Assembly (NCBI GenBank): GCA_963727525.1 | Contig: CAVSGO010000007.1 | Span: 2,016,001 to 2,080,000, forward strand | Reading direction: 5' to 3' | Source of the DNA: an uncultured bacterium | GTDB taxonomy: Bacteria; Krumholzibacteriota; Krumholzibacteriia; LZORAL124-64-63 | Length of the DNA stretch: 64,000 bases | Part shown: piece after piece, positions 9,431-19,744 of the stretch | How the letters are laid out: every line of letters begins with the position of its first letter | How positions within the stretch are numbered: the stretch's first letter is position 1 | Made by a program: the position numbers and the translations under genes | Notes under the pieces: generated by a model | Told to the model about the DNA's origin: nothing | Database searches by the model: none | Seen by the model: only the letters and a program-made list of their open reading frames with translations

Positions 9431-10777
9431 ATGCTCACACCGCCCCCTTCACTACGCCGCCCCGCTCCCGTGGCGGTCGCCACGCTCCTGTTCGCCGTGA
9501 TCGCGGTCGGCGCGACCGGCTGCAAGGTCGGCGGTTCCGCGGGGAACGCCGCCGACAGTACGGGGGCCACGCAAGACACCACGGCGCAGGCCGCCGATGA
9601 GCCCTCCGGCAACGAGAGCAGCGACGACAAGGCCACCGAGGAGAAGGCGATCAAGGTGAACCTGGGCGAGGTGCGGCGCGGCGACCTGGTCACCTCCATC
9701 TACGCCGACGGCGTCATCCGGACGCCGCGCTCGCTCGAGGTGCGCACCAAGGTGGCTGGCCAGCTCGTCGAGGTGCGCGTGCGCGACGGCGACCACGTCA
9801 AGACGGGGCAACTTCTCGCCCGGATCGACCCGCGCAGCTATCGCATCGAGCTGGAAGCTGCGCGGTACGCCCACCTCAAGGCCCTCTCGCTGGTGGCGGC
9901 CGAGGAGGACACGTTCGCGGTGGACACGACGGCGCTGCGCGAGTTCACGGCCGGTCGCGACGAGCTCGATCGCCAGGTCCAGCGCAAGGCGATCACCGAA
10001 GAGGAATACCGCGCGCGGCTGCTGAACCTCGAGTTGACGGCGCTCGGGCAGGGCGCATTCCGGCAGGACGTGTTCCAGCAGCGCACCGGACTGGCCGATG
10101 CGCGGCTCGCCGAGGAACGCGCCGAGCTGAACCTGGACTACACCGAGATCCGCGCGCCCTTCGCTGGCGTGATCCAGGGCCTGAAGGCGGTGGTGGGCGC
10201 CAATGCGTCGGTGGGACAGACGGTGTGCATGCTCTATGACAACGAGTCGCTCGAGGCGGTGGTGAACGTGCTCGAGGCCGACCTCGGTGACCTGCGCGAG
10301 GGCCGCCCGACCCGCCTGGCCGTGCCGGCGGTGAACGACACGCTCTACGCCTATGTCGACGTCATCTCCCCCGCGCTCGATGCCCAGAGCCGCACCTGCG
10401 AGTGCATCATCCGCTTCCCCAATGCCGACGCCAGGTTCCGGCCCGGCATGTTCGTGCGCGCGGAGATCGCGGGCTTCGTGCACCACGACAAGCTCATGGT
10501 GCCCAAGGCCGCGGTGCTGATCCGCGACGATCGTCCCCTGGTGTTCAAGGCCGTCGACGATCGTGCGAAGTGGCTGTACGTGACCACGGGACTCGAGAAC
10601 GACCACTGGGTGGAGATCCAGGCCGTCCACAGCGGCGGTAGCCTTGCGCCGGGCGACAGGGTCGTGGTGAGCGATCACCTCACCCTGGCGAACGAGGCGA
10701 AGATCGCCGTCCGCAAGACGGTGCCGCCGGAGGATCGCTGGGCGTTTGCCGCCGCCGCGCTGCAGGAGTCGCGCTGA
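9431..10777 (+). CDS. RND efflux periplasmic adaptor (membrane fusion protein), probable lipoprotein
   Basis: Lipobox-like ATGC. Motifs VRDGDHVKTGQLLARID, IRAPFAG, FRPGMFV and VPKAAV. Confidence 0.92.
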   Translation: MLTPPPSLRRPAPVAVATLLFAVIAVGATGCKVGGSAGNAADSTGATQDTTAQAADEPSGNESSDDKATEEKAIKVNLGEVRRGDLVTSIYADGVIRTPRSLEVRTKVAGQLVEVRVRDGDHVKTGQLLARIDPRSYRIELEAARYAHLKALSLVAAEEDTFAVDTTALREFTAGRDELDRQVQRKAITEEEYRARLLNLELTALGQGAFRQDVFQQRTGLADARLAEERAELNLDYTEIRAPFAGVIQGLKAVVGANASVGQTVCMLYDNESLEAVVNVLEADLGDLREGRPTRLAVPAVNDTLYAYVDVISPALDAQSRTCECIIRFPNADARFRPGMFVRAEIAGFVHHDKLMVPKAAVLIRDDRPLVFKAVDDRAKWLYVTTGLENDHWVEIQAVHSGGSLAPGDRVVVSDHLTLANEAKIAVRKTVPPEDRWAFAAAALQESR

Positions 10778-13700
10778 TGCTCATCCGCAAGGCCGTCGGG
10801 CGCCCGGTGGCCGTGATCATGGCCTTCACGGGCCTCGTGTTGCTGGGCTGGCAGGGCAAGAACCGGCTCTCCCTCGACCTGTTGCCGACGATCAACTACC
10901 CCAATCTCACGCTCATCACCAACTACGCCGACACGCCCGCCGACGATCTCGTACGCCTGGTCACGCAGCCCCTCGAGGAGCGGATCACCGGGCTCGAAGG
11001 CGTGAGGCGCGTGGTGAGCAAGACCCGCGAGGGCACGTCCACGATCACCGTGCAGTACGACTGGGGCACGGACATGGACTTCGCCAGCCTGCACCTGCGC
11101 GAGGCCGCGGACCAGGTATCCTACAGCGAGGATTTCCCGGCCGACTCCGACCGCCCGCTGATCCTGCGCTGGGACCCCTCGGCCCGTCCGATCGCCATCC
11201 TCGTGCTGGAGGGCGACGATCCCCTGCGCGAGATGACCGACTTCGCCCGTGAGGTCGTCAAACCCGCCCTCGAGCAGATCGACGGGATCAGCCAGGCGGA
11301 AGTCATCGGCGGCGCCGAGCGCGAGATCCTGGTGGAGCCCGACTTCGCGAAGCTGCGCCTGTACGGCCTGACGATCGACGACCTGGCCACGTCGCTGCGC
11401 ATCGCCAACGTGAGCTTTCCTGGCGGCCGCATCCGCAAGGGGCCACTGCATCTGCCGCTGCGCATCCTGGGCGAGTTCGAGAATCTCGACGAGATCCGCG
11501 CCACCGAGATCGCCGCCGCCGGACCCGGCATCACGATCGCCGACATCGCCAATGTCACAGACACCGTCAAGGAGCCCGAGGGCGCCACATTCCTGGGCGA
11601 TCGCGAGGTGGTGGCGCTGCATCTGTACAAGGAGGTCGGCAAGAACACGATCGAGACCACGCGCCACGTGGACGACGTGCTCGCCGTACTCCACGACCAG
11701 TACCCGGATCTGGATACGCGTTTCGTCTATCGCGACGCCGACTTCGTCGAGCAGTCGGTGACGGGTCTTCAGCAATCGCTGGTCTACGGCGGGTTGCTGG
11801 CCTTCCTGGTATTGCTGCTCGCGCTCGGCGACTGGCGCAGCCCCGTGGTGGTGGGCCTGGCGATCCCGGTGTCGATCATGACGACCTTTGCCTTCCTCGA
11901 CTTCGCGCACGTCAATCTGAACCTGATGTCCCTGGGCGGCCTCTCACTGGCGGCCGGCATGCTCGTGGACAACTCGATCGTCGTGCTCGAGAACATCAAC
12001 CGCCACCTGCGCCGGCTCGGCCGCGGCGCCAGCGCGGCGATCGTGGCCGACACCTGTGCGACCGGCGCGCAGGAGGTTGCGTCGCCGGTCATCGCCGCCA
12101 CGCTCACCACCGTGGCCGTGTTCTTCCCCGTGATCTACGTCCCGGGCATCGCCGGCGAGTTCTTCCGCGACCAGGCACTGACGGTGACGTTCTCGCTGCT
12201 CGTGTCCATCCTGGCCGCATTGATCCTGCAACCGATGCTCTCGGCGTACCTGCTTCGCCCCCGTGAGCATCCGAACCGCGTGCTGGCGCCGGCGATCGCG
12301 GTTCAGGACCGCATCTTCGAGGCCTACCACCGACGGCTGCACACCGTACTCGATCACAAGACCGTGTTCCTAGTCGTGCTCGGAATCGCTCTCGCCGCCA
12401 GCGCATTGCTCGTCCGCGACATGCGGCGCACCTTCTTGCCCGACCGCAATCGCGGCGATTTCTCCGTGCACCTCGAGCTGCCGGCCGGCACGCCCCTGGA
12501 GACCACCGATCGCGTGACGCGCGACCTCTCCGGCTGGCTGCAGACCCGCACCCACGTGGCGACAGTGTACGCACAGGTGGGCCAGACGGAGAAGACGCTC
12601 GCGAGCCTGAAGGAGTACACGGCGCCCAACGTGGCGCGGATCCGCGTGATCCTGCACCCCTCCCGTCATGGCCAGCGCGACATGGCCGGCGTGAAGGCCG
12701 CGTTGCAGCAGCGCCTCGGTGCGCTGGCCGGTGCCGTGGCGGTCTTCAACGACGAGGGCCTCGGCCTGCGGGAGATCCTGGCAAGCGGCGAGTCGCCATT
12801 CACGCTGGGCGTGGTGGCGGAGAAGCCCGAGGACGCGTTGCACGCCGTGCAGGACCTGCTCCCGAAGCTGAAGAACGTGCCGGGTCTCGTGGATCTGGAA
12901 ATGGACCGCGTGCTCGGCAACCCCACCCTCGAGGCGACGATCGACCGCGAGCTGGCGCTACGCTACGGCCTGGAGCCCGAATTCCTCGCGAATGAGCTGC
13001 GCAATCGTATTCGCGGCAACGTGGCCACCACGTACAACGAGATCGACCAGCGCATCGATATCGCCGTGCGCCTGCCGCGCGACGAGCGCTACGACCTGGA
13101 TGGCGTGCTCAACTCGCCGCTCAATCTTCCCGGCGGCAAGACGGTGACGCTGGGCACATTCATCACGCGCACGCTCGACCGCCCCGTGCGCGAGATCGTG
13201 CGCCGCGATCAGCGCCGTCAGATCACGATCTCGGGCGATGTCCAGGGGCGCGGCGTCGACGAGGTCTGGCGCGACGTCATGCCGATCCTGGACAGCGAAC
13301 CCCGCACCGCCGGCCTCTCGTTCGTCACCGGCGGCGAGCAGGAGGAGATCAACCGCAGCTTCGGCGATCTGGGCTGGGCCCTGCTGCTCTCCGCGCTGCT
13401 GGTGTACATGATCCTGGCCGCGCAGTTCGAGAGCTTCATCGACCCGCTCATCATCGCGGCCGTGCTACCCGTGGGCGTGGCGGGCGGCCTGATGACGCTG
13501 CTCGTGACGGGCAACACGCTGAACATCATCTCGCTGATCGGTTTGATCGCCTTGCTGGGAATCGCCGTGAACGACGCCATCGTGAAGGTGGCCACGATCC
13601 GGCGCCTGCGTGAGGACGAAGGCCTCGCGGTGCGCGCGGCCATTCTCGAGGCCAGCCGCTTGCGATTCCGACCCATCATGATGACCACGCTGACGACGGT

Positions 13701-13878
13701 GCTGGCCATGGTGCCGATGGCGATCGGCCTGGGCACGGGCGAGCAGATCCAGCGTCCCCTCGCGGTCACCATCATCGGCGGCTTGAGTCTCGCCACCGTG
13801 CTGACGCTGTACCTCACGCCGGTGGTGTACGAGCTGGTCCATCGCGACCGGCCCGCGCCGGAAGGAACGCAGTCGTGA
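10777..13878 (+). CDS. RND transporter permease (AcrB/MdtB-like), subunit 1
   Basis: 1033 aa with RPVAV, NLMSLGGL..AAGMLVDNSIVVLEN, LAAQFESF..P and RFRPIMMTT. Start overlaps the adaptor stop (TGATG). Confidence 0.95.
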   Translation: MLIRKAVGRPVAVIMAFTGLVLLGWQGKNRLSLDLLPTINYPNLTLITNYADTPADDLVRLVTQPLEERITGLEGVRRVVSKTREGTSTITVQYDWGTDMDFASLHLREAADQVSYSEDFPADSDRPLILRWDPSARPIAILVLEGDDPLREMTDFAREVVKPALEQIDGISQAEVIGGAEREILVEPDFAKLRLYGLTIDDLATSLRIANVSFPGGRIRKGPLHLPLRILGEFENLDEIRATEIAAAGPGITIADIANVTDTVKEPEGATFLGDREVVALHLYKEVGKNTIETTRHVDDVLAVLHDQYPDLDTRFVYRDADFVEQSVTGLQQSLVYGGLLAFLVLLLALGDWRSPVVVGLAIPVSIMTTFAFLDFAHVNLNLMSLGGLSLAAGMLVDNSIVVLENINRHLRRLGRGASAAIVADTCATGAQEVASPVIAATLTTVAVFFPVIYVPGIAGEFFRDQALTVTFSLLVSILAALILQPMLSAYLLRPREHPNRVLAPAIAVQDRIFEAYHRRLHTVLDHKTVFLVVLGIALAASALLVRDMRRTFLPDRNRGDFSVHLELPAGTPLETTDRVTRDLSGWLQTRTHVATVYAQVGQTEKTLASLKEYTAPNVARIRVILHPSRHGQRDMAGVKAALQQRLGALAGAVAVFNDEGLGLREILASGESPFTLGVVAEKPEDALHAVQDLLPKLKNVPGLVDLEMDRVLGNPTLEATIDRELALRYGLEPEFLANELRNRIRGNVATTYNEIDQRIDIAVRLPRDERYDLDGVLNSPLNLPGGKTVTLGTFITRTLDRPVREIVRRDQRRQITISGDVQGRGVDEVWRDVMPILDSEPRTAGLSFVTGGEQEEINRSFGDLGWALLLSALLVYMILAAQFESFIDPLIIAAVLPVGVAGGLMTLLVTGNTLNIISLIGLIALLGIAVNDAIVKVATIRRLREDEGLAVRAAILEASRLRFRPIMMTTLTTVLAMVPMAIGLGTGEQIQRPLAVTIIGGLSLATVLTLYLTPVVYELVHRDRPAPEGTQS

Positions 13879-16800
13879 TCCGCTTCTGGGTCGACCATCC
13901 GGTGGCCACGTGGATGCTCTTCGCCTCGCTGCTGGTCTGCGGACTCTACGCGCTGCCGCGGCTCACGATCGAGGCCATGCCCGAGAGCGACCTGCCCAAG
14001 CTCACCATCTACACCACCTGGCCGGGCGCCTCGCCCAGCGCCATCCAGCGTTCGCTCACGCTGCCCATCGAGGAGGCCGCGGCCCAGTGCCACGGCATCC
14101 AGAAGATCGAGTCCACGTCGCGGCACGGCGAGTCGAGCGTGGAGGTCAGCTACCAGCGCGACGTCGACCTCGAGTTCGCGCGGCTGGAACTGAGCGAGCA
14201 GCTCGGCGCGGTGCGGCGCACACTGCCCGCGCGGGCGGGTCAGCCGCAGATCCGGCCCGATGTGCCCGAGCAGATCCGCGTGGACGAGTTCTTCTCCGTC
14301 AGCCTCATCTCGCCCTTGCCGCTGAACGAGCTGCGCGAGCAGGCCGATGACTGGCTGGTGCCCCGGTTCCTCGCCATTCCCGGCGTGGCCGACGCGGTGC
14401 TGCGCGGGGGCGCCCTGCCGGAGCTGAAGGTGGCGCTCGATCTCGAACTGTTGGAGCGCTACGGCCTCACGGCCGACACCGTCGCGCGTCGTCTCGATGC
14501 CCTCGATGCCGTCGTACCGGCCGGCGTGGTCCACCACGGGGGCCAGGACCTCACCGTCACGGTGCACGACTCCGTCACCGTCGCCATGCTCGAGCACACG
14601 GTGCTGACGACGGTGGGTGGACAGGCAGTCACGCTTGGCCACGTCGCCCGGGTGGAGCGTGGCTACGAGGATGTCGTCTATTTCCGGCGCATCGACGGTG
14701 ACAACGTGATCTCGCTGATCGTGACCAAGCGCAGCGGCGAGAACTCGGTAGCCGTGAGCCGGCGGCTGCGCGACGCTCTACCGACGATCGCGAAATCGGT
14801 GCCGTTCGCGGTGACCTTCGACGTGGAGCAGGACGAGGGTCAAGATCTCGAGGACAAGCTGCGCGAGCTGGTCTACCGTTCGCTGGCGATCCTCGTCCTG
14901 CTCTTCCTGCTGCTTGCCGCGGCGCTGCGTCGGGTCGTGCTCGTGGGCATCGTCATCGCGTCGATCCTCTTCGCCATCGTCGTCTGCCTGAGCCTCTTCT
15001 ACTTCTTCGGCATCTCGGTGAACTTCATCACGATCAGCGGGCTCACCATCTGCTTCGGCATGCTCCTGGACAACAGCATCCTCGTGCTTGATTCCATCCA
15101 CCGACGTCTCACGACGCGACGCCTCGGTTCGGCCCACGACGCCCTGGTCGACGGGACGCGCGAGGTGAGCTTTCCGATCATGGCCACGACACTGACCACC
15201 GTGGTCGCATTCCTTTCTTTCATCTACATGACCGGTCGCCTGGCTCTCTTCTACGTGCCGCTGGCCACGAGCGTGGGATTTGCCATGGCCGCGTCGATCT
15301 TCGTGGCTTTCTGCTGGATGCCGGTGGCCCTGCGCGGGACGGCGGAGCGGGAACGCCGCAAGCCCGCGTCGGAAGGTCTGGCGGACGAGCGCTCGGGCTG
15401 GGCGCTATTCTGGCGCTGGAGCCTGGGGACGCTGGTGCTGGCGGGACTGGCCGTGCTCGGCGCCCGTTTCGCGCCAGGGGCGTCTCGCCTGCGCGTCCTC
15501 CTGCCGTGGATCGGCGTCGCTGCCGGCATCCTCGTGGCGGTGGGCGCGTTTCTCAGCTACGTGGCCCCCCTCACCCGCCTGAACATCCGCCTCTGGCCGT
15601 TGGCAATGCTGCTCATGCTGGGCCTGTTCACTGGCGGCTGGTGGGCCTTCCAGCACAAGGTGCACAAGGGCGGCTTCTGGCAGCCGGCGAGCGAGGAGAA
15701 CCTGCGCCTGTACCTCCGGCGCCCGGTGGGCACGGACGTGGTGCTCACGAGCGAGACGATGAAGCTCTTCGAGAACGAACTGATGCCGCTGCCCGACGGC
15801 GTCCGCATGCGCGTGACGGCTTTCGAGAACTGGGCCTACATGCAGGTGGAGTTCAAGACCGACGCCGTGCGCTACTCGGCTTATCCCGTGATGTACCGCA
15901 ACAAGCTCATCGTCCTCGCCGAGGAGATGGGCGGCATGTTCATCTTCATCGGCGGCTACGGCGACCCCTATCTCAAGGGCGGGAGCGGCGGCATGATGAA
16001 CAACTCCACCATCATGCTCTCGGGCTACAACAGCAAGGAGCTGAAAGCGCTCAGCGACGGCATCGTGGAGCGGTTGAACCGCAACCGTCGCGCACGCAAC
16101 GTGCGGCTGAGCAGCGGCGCACAGTTCGAGAGCGAGGGCACAGACGAGACGGTTGTGCAGATCGATCGCGACATCCTCGCCCGGCACCGCCTCTCGGTGG
16201 CCGAGGTGAGCGGCTACCTGCAACGGTTGCTGGGCATCGACACGCCGTGGCACATGATCGTCGACGGCGAGGATACCCAGGTGCAGCTCAGCTTCGAGGG
16301 TGCCGACGACATGCAGTACGGCACCGTCCTCGGCAAGACCATGACCACCCGCCGCGGCCAGAAGGTCCGACTCGGCGATCTCGTCCGGCTGGAGACCCGT
16401 CCCGAACTCACCGCCATCACGCGCAAGGACCAGCGCTACAGCCAGCGCATCAACTGGGAGTACATCGGCACCGATCGCATGCGGCAGGCCTTCATCGCGG
16501 ACATCCTGGCCGGCCTGCAGCTCCCCTATGGCTACACGGCCGAGGACGTCTCGGGCGAGCAGATTACGCAGGAAGAGAAGGAGCAGCTCACCCGCACGCT
16601 GTGGCTCACGCTGGTCTTCATCACGATGACGCTGGCCGCCCTCATCGAGAGCTTCGCGCTGCCCCTGATGATCCTGCTCGCGGTGCCCATGGCGATGGTG
16701 GGCGTGGTGGGCATCTTCTGGGCCGCCGGCTCCACCTTCGACAGCTCGGCCCAGATCGGCCTCATCCTCATGTTCGGCATCGTGGTGAACAACGCCATCC

Positions 16801-17267
16801 TGCTCGTGAACCGTTACCGCCTGATGGTGCGCGAGGCCGTGGCCGATCACGGCCTGAGCGAAGGCGCCGAAGCCCGCGTGCCCGCGAAGGCCCGTCTCGG
16901 CGGCTTCGACCTGTGGCGTCTCGAGCCCGACGAACGACGCGGCATCCTGCGCCACGCCATCGTCGAAGGCACCCGCATCCAGATGCGCTCCATCCTCCTG
17001 ACCAGCGGCACCACGATCTTCGGCCTCCTCCCTCTCCTCTACCAGGTGGAGAAGCAGGCCGGCCAGACCAAGGATATCTGGGAGAACCTGGCCCTGGCCA
17101 GCATCGGCGGGCTCACGAGCTCCACCGTGCTCCTGCTCTCGGCCGTACCCGCGATGTACTGGGCTTTCACACGCTGGGGCTGGGGACTGGCGCGGCTGTT
17201 CCGGGGCCGCCGCGAACACGGCGGCGGACCCGTCGTCACGGAACCGGCGCCGTCGGATCTGGGCTGA
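13875..17267 (+). CDS. RND transporter permease, subunit 2 (divergent, with insertions)
   Basis: 1130 aa with HPVATWM, GMLLDNSILVLD, TTLTTVVAF, ESFALP and GIVVNNAILL. GTGA overlap with subunit 1. Confidence 0.93.
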   Translation: MIRFWVDHPVATWMLFASLLVCGLYALPRLTIEAMPESDLPKLTIYTTWPGASPSAIQRSLTLPIEEAAAQCHGIQKIESTSRHGESSVEVSYQRDVDLEFARLELSEQLGAVRRTLPARAGQPQIRPDVPEQIRVDEFFSVSLISPLPLNELREQADDWLVPRFLAIPGVADAVLRGGALPELKVALDLELLERYGLTADTVARRLDALDAVVPAGVVHHGGQDLTVTVHDSVTVAMLEHTVLTTVGGQAVTLGHVARVERGYEDVVYFRRIDGDNVISLIVTKRSGENSVAVSRRLRDALPTIAKSVPFAVTFDVEQDEGQDLEDKLRELVYRSLAILVLLFLLLAAALRRVVLVGIVIASILFAIVVCLSLFYFFGISVNFITISGLTICFGMLLDNSILVLDSIHRRLTTRRLGSAHDALVDGTREVSFPIMATTLTTVVAFLSFIYMTGRLALFYVPLATSVGFAMAASIFVAFCWMPVALRGTAERERRKPASEGLADERSGWALFWRWSLGTLVLAGLAVLGARFAPGASRLRVLLPWIGVAAGILVAVGAFLSYVAPLTRLNIRLWPLAMLLMLGLFTGGWWAFQHKVHKGGFWQPASEENLRLYLRRPVGTDVVLTSETMKLFENELMPLPDGVRMRVTAFENWAYMQVEFKTDAVRYSAYPVMYRNKLIVLAEEMGGMFIFIGGYGDPYLKGGSGGMMNNSTIMLSGYNSKELKALSDGIVERLNRNRRARNVRLSSGAQFESEGTDETVVQIDRDILARHRLSVAEVSGYLQRLLGIDTPWHMIVDGEDTQVQLSFEGADDMQYGTVLGKTMTTRRGQKVRLGDLVRLETRPELTAITRKDQRYSQRINWEYIGTDRMRQAFIADILAGLQLPYGYTAEDVSGEQITQEEKEQLTRTLWLTLVFITMTLAALIESFALPLMILLAVPMAMVGVVGIFWAAGSTFDSSAQIGLILMFGIVVNNAILLVNRYRLMVREAVADHGLSEGAEARVPAKARLGGFDLWRLEPDERRGILRHAIVEGTRIQMRSILLTSGTTIFGLLPLLYQVEKQAGQTKDIWENLALASIGGLTSSTVLLLSAVPAMYWAFTRWGWGLARLFRGRREHGGGPVVTEPAPSDLG

Positions 17268-17285
17268 GCCAGAAGATCCGCACTG

Positions 17286-17735
17286 TCATCCCTTGCGGAT
17301 CCCGTTCACCATCTCGTCGAGTTTCTGCAGGAAGAGCGAGCGGTCGCGCTTCGCGAATGGTGGCGGGCCGCTCATCATCTGGCCCTGGTCACGAAGCTGC
17401 GAGAGCAGATGACGCGTGGCCAGCGAGTCGCCCACGTTTTCGGGCGTGAATGGTCGTCCCTTGTGGCCGAGCACGCGCGCACCCCGGTCGAGGCACCGGG
17501 CCGCGAGGGGGATGTCGCCGGTGACGACGATATCATCGGTTTCCACCGTGGCGACGATCCAGTCGTCGGCCGCGTCGGGTCCCTGGTCCACGACCACCAG
17601 CGTCACCCACTCGCCGCCAGGCACTCGCATATAACTATTCGCCACGAGGATGACACGCAGACGATACCGCTGCGCCACGCGGTAGATCTCGTCCTTCACG
17701 GGACAGGCATCAGCGTCGACGTAGATATCGAGCAT
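17286..17735 (-). CDS. YaiI/YqxD family (DUF188) protein
   Basis: Motifs IYVDADACPVKDE, DAADDWI, DIVVTGDIPLA and GPPPF...DRS.F. Confidence 0.92.
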   Translation of the reverse strand: MLDIYVDADACPVKDEIYRVAQRYRLRVILVANSYMRVPGGEWVTLVVVDQGPDAADDWIVATVETDDIVVTGDIPLAARCLDRGARVLGHKGRPFTPENVGDSLATRHLLSQLRDQGQMMSGPPPFAKRDRSLFLQKLDEMVNGIRKG

Positions 17736-17961
17736 GGTGGGTCTCCGCGGGTGAGCGAGAAGCCGATGACGATCCGGCTCCGCGACTGCCATGGCCTCGC
17801 GCCAGGATCGTCACCTCATGGTTCGCCCCGTCGTCACCGGTCGAGGGACCACACGGAACGATGCGTGGCGCTGGCACCCCGCCATGGTATCATCGCGGCC
17901 GGGAGTATTCCAGGCGGACGATCCGCCCTGCCACGCACCTCTACAGAAATCGTTGCGGGTC

Positions 17962-19110
17962 ATGTCACAGGAACGGCTCGTCGCACTGCGCCACGCGTGC
18001 CACGCCCAGCCCGAACTCTCCGGCCACGAGGCCGAGACGGCGGCGCGGGTGCGGGCCTTTCTCGCTGCATATGCACCGGCGGAGATCCTCGACGGCCTGG
18101 GCGGGGGCCACGGCCTGGCCGCGGTCTTCGCGGGCGACGATCCGGCCGGCGGCCCCACGATCGTGCTGCGCGCGGAGCTGGATGCGTTGCCGATCCAGGA
18201 GATCGGTCGTACGGCGTACCGGTCCAATCGAACCGGCGTGGCACATCTCTGCGGGCACGACGGCCACCTCGCCATCCTCTGCGGCGTGGCACCGTGGCTG
18301 CGCGCCCATGAGTTGCGGCGCGGACGGGTGGTATTGCTCGCCCAGCCGGCAGAGGAGACGGGCGAGGGGGCACGCGCCGTGGCTGCTGATCCGCGCTTCC
18401 AGGCCCTGGACGCCGACTGGGCCTTCGCCCTGCACAACCTGCCCGGCTATCCGCTGGGGACGGTGCTGGTGCGCGACGGCGCGTTCACGGCCGGCAGCGT
18501 GGGCGTTGCCATCCGGCTCATGGGTCGCACGGCGCACGCGGCCTATCCCGAGCAGGGAACAAGCCCGGCGCGCGCCATGACCGACCTTGTCACTGGCCTG
18601 GTGACGTTGCCCATCGCCCGGGAAGCGCGCGGCGAACTGGCGCTGGTCACGGTGGTACACGCGCGCCTCGGTGAGGTGACCTTCGGCACCAGTCCGGGCG
18701 AGGCCGAGGTCATGGCCACGTTACGGGCCGATCACGAGCCGGTGCTGGCCGGTCTGCGCGACGAGGCCGCCGCCCTCGCTCACCGCATCGCCGCACGGGA
18801 TGGTCTCGCGGTCGCTGTCGAGTGGGTGGAAGAGTTTCCGGTGACGGTGAACGACGCGCGGGCGACAGCGCACATCGTGGCCGCGGCCGGCGCTGCCGGC
18901 CTCTCCCTGGGCTCACCGAAAGAAAGCCCGTTCCGCTGGTCCGAGGATTTCGGCTGGTTCACCCGCACCATTCCCGGCGCGATGATCGGCCTCGGCGCCG
19001 GCGTGGATCATCCGCCGCTTCACGCGCCGGATTTCGACTTTCCTGACGCGCTCATCGCGCAGGGCGTGCGGCTGTGGGGGGCGCTGATCGCGCAGGTGTG
19101 TTGCTCGTGA
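17962..19110 (+). CDS. M20D family amidohydrolase
   Basis: Motifs H..PELSGHE..TA, LRAELDALPI, HLCGHDGH, QPAEETGEGA, HNLPG, HAA.P, SEDFG and LH.PDFDF. Confidence 0.9.
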   Translation: MSQERLVALRHACHAQPELSGHEAETAARVRAFLAAYAPAEILDGLGGGHGLAAVFAGDDPAGGPTIVLRAELDALPIQEIGRTAYRSNRTGVAHLCGHDGHLAILCGVAPWLRAHELRRGRVVLLAQPAEETGEGARAVAADPRFQALDADWAFALHNLPGYPLGTVLVRDGAFTAGSVGVAIRLMGRTAHAAYPEQGTSPARAMTDLVTGLVTLPIAREARGELALVTVVHARLGEVTFGTSPGEAEVMATLRADHEPVLAGLRDEAAALAHRIAARDGLAVAVEWVEEFPVTVNDARATAHIVAAAGAAGLSLGSPKESPFRWSEDFGWFTRTIPGAMIGLGAGVDHPPLHAPDFDFPDALIAQGVRLWGALIAQVCCS

Positions 19111-19117
19111 TGGCGGG

Positions 19118-19744
19118 CTAGCGCCAGGCGCGCACCAGAGAGACCACGCCGCCGAGGGAGAGCAGAATGCCCAGGACGTGCAGAACGCGGTCGAGCAACC
19201 GCGCGCTGACCTTCGTACGAAACATGATGAGCAGCTTCAGCGCCAGGGCGTACCAGGCAACGATACCGAGGGCGACCCCCAGCGCGAACGCCGGTGGCGA
19301 GACGTGGGGATCGAGTCCGAACGTCATGGCCACCGTCAGCAACGCGAGCCAGTTCACCGGGATGGCGAGGTTGACCGCCACGAGCGTGGCTCCCACCCGG
19401 AACTCGTCGCGCAGACGGCGCGCCGGGGCGGTCGCCGCGGTTTCGCCGCCCAGCAAGGTGGTGTGGCGCGTCAGGAAGTACAGTCCCAGCGCCACGAGGA
19501 GCACGCCGCCCAGCGTCCGCGCGACGATGGCGACGGTGGGCCAGCGCATGAGGACACGCGCCGCCCCCTCGATCACGACCAGGCACCACGCCCCCTCGGC
19601 CACGGCTGCGCCGACGGCAAGGGCCAGACCGTTGCCATACCGACCCGCCAGCCCGCGCTGGCATACGAACACCGACACCGCGCCGGCGATGGGCATCGAC
19701 CCCAGCCAGCCCAGCATGACACCGGTCAGCAGGGTCGTCAGCAT
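19118..19744 (-). CDS. LysE family translocator
   Basis: About 6 hydrophobic segments. N-terminal SMPIAGAV...QRGL..G...G pattern and NLAIP..W. Confidence 0.75.
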   Translation of the reverse strand: MLTTLLTGVMLGWLGSMPIAGAVSVFVCQRGLAGRYGNGLALAVGAAVAEGAWCLVVIEGAARVLMRWPTVAIVARTLGGVLLVALGLYFLTRHTTLLGGETAATAPARRLRDEFRVGATLVAVNLAIPVNWLALLTVAMTFGLDPHVSPPAFALGVALGIVAWYALALKLLIMFRTKVSARLLDRVLHVLGILLSLGGVVSLVRAWR

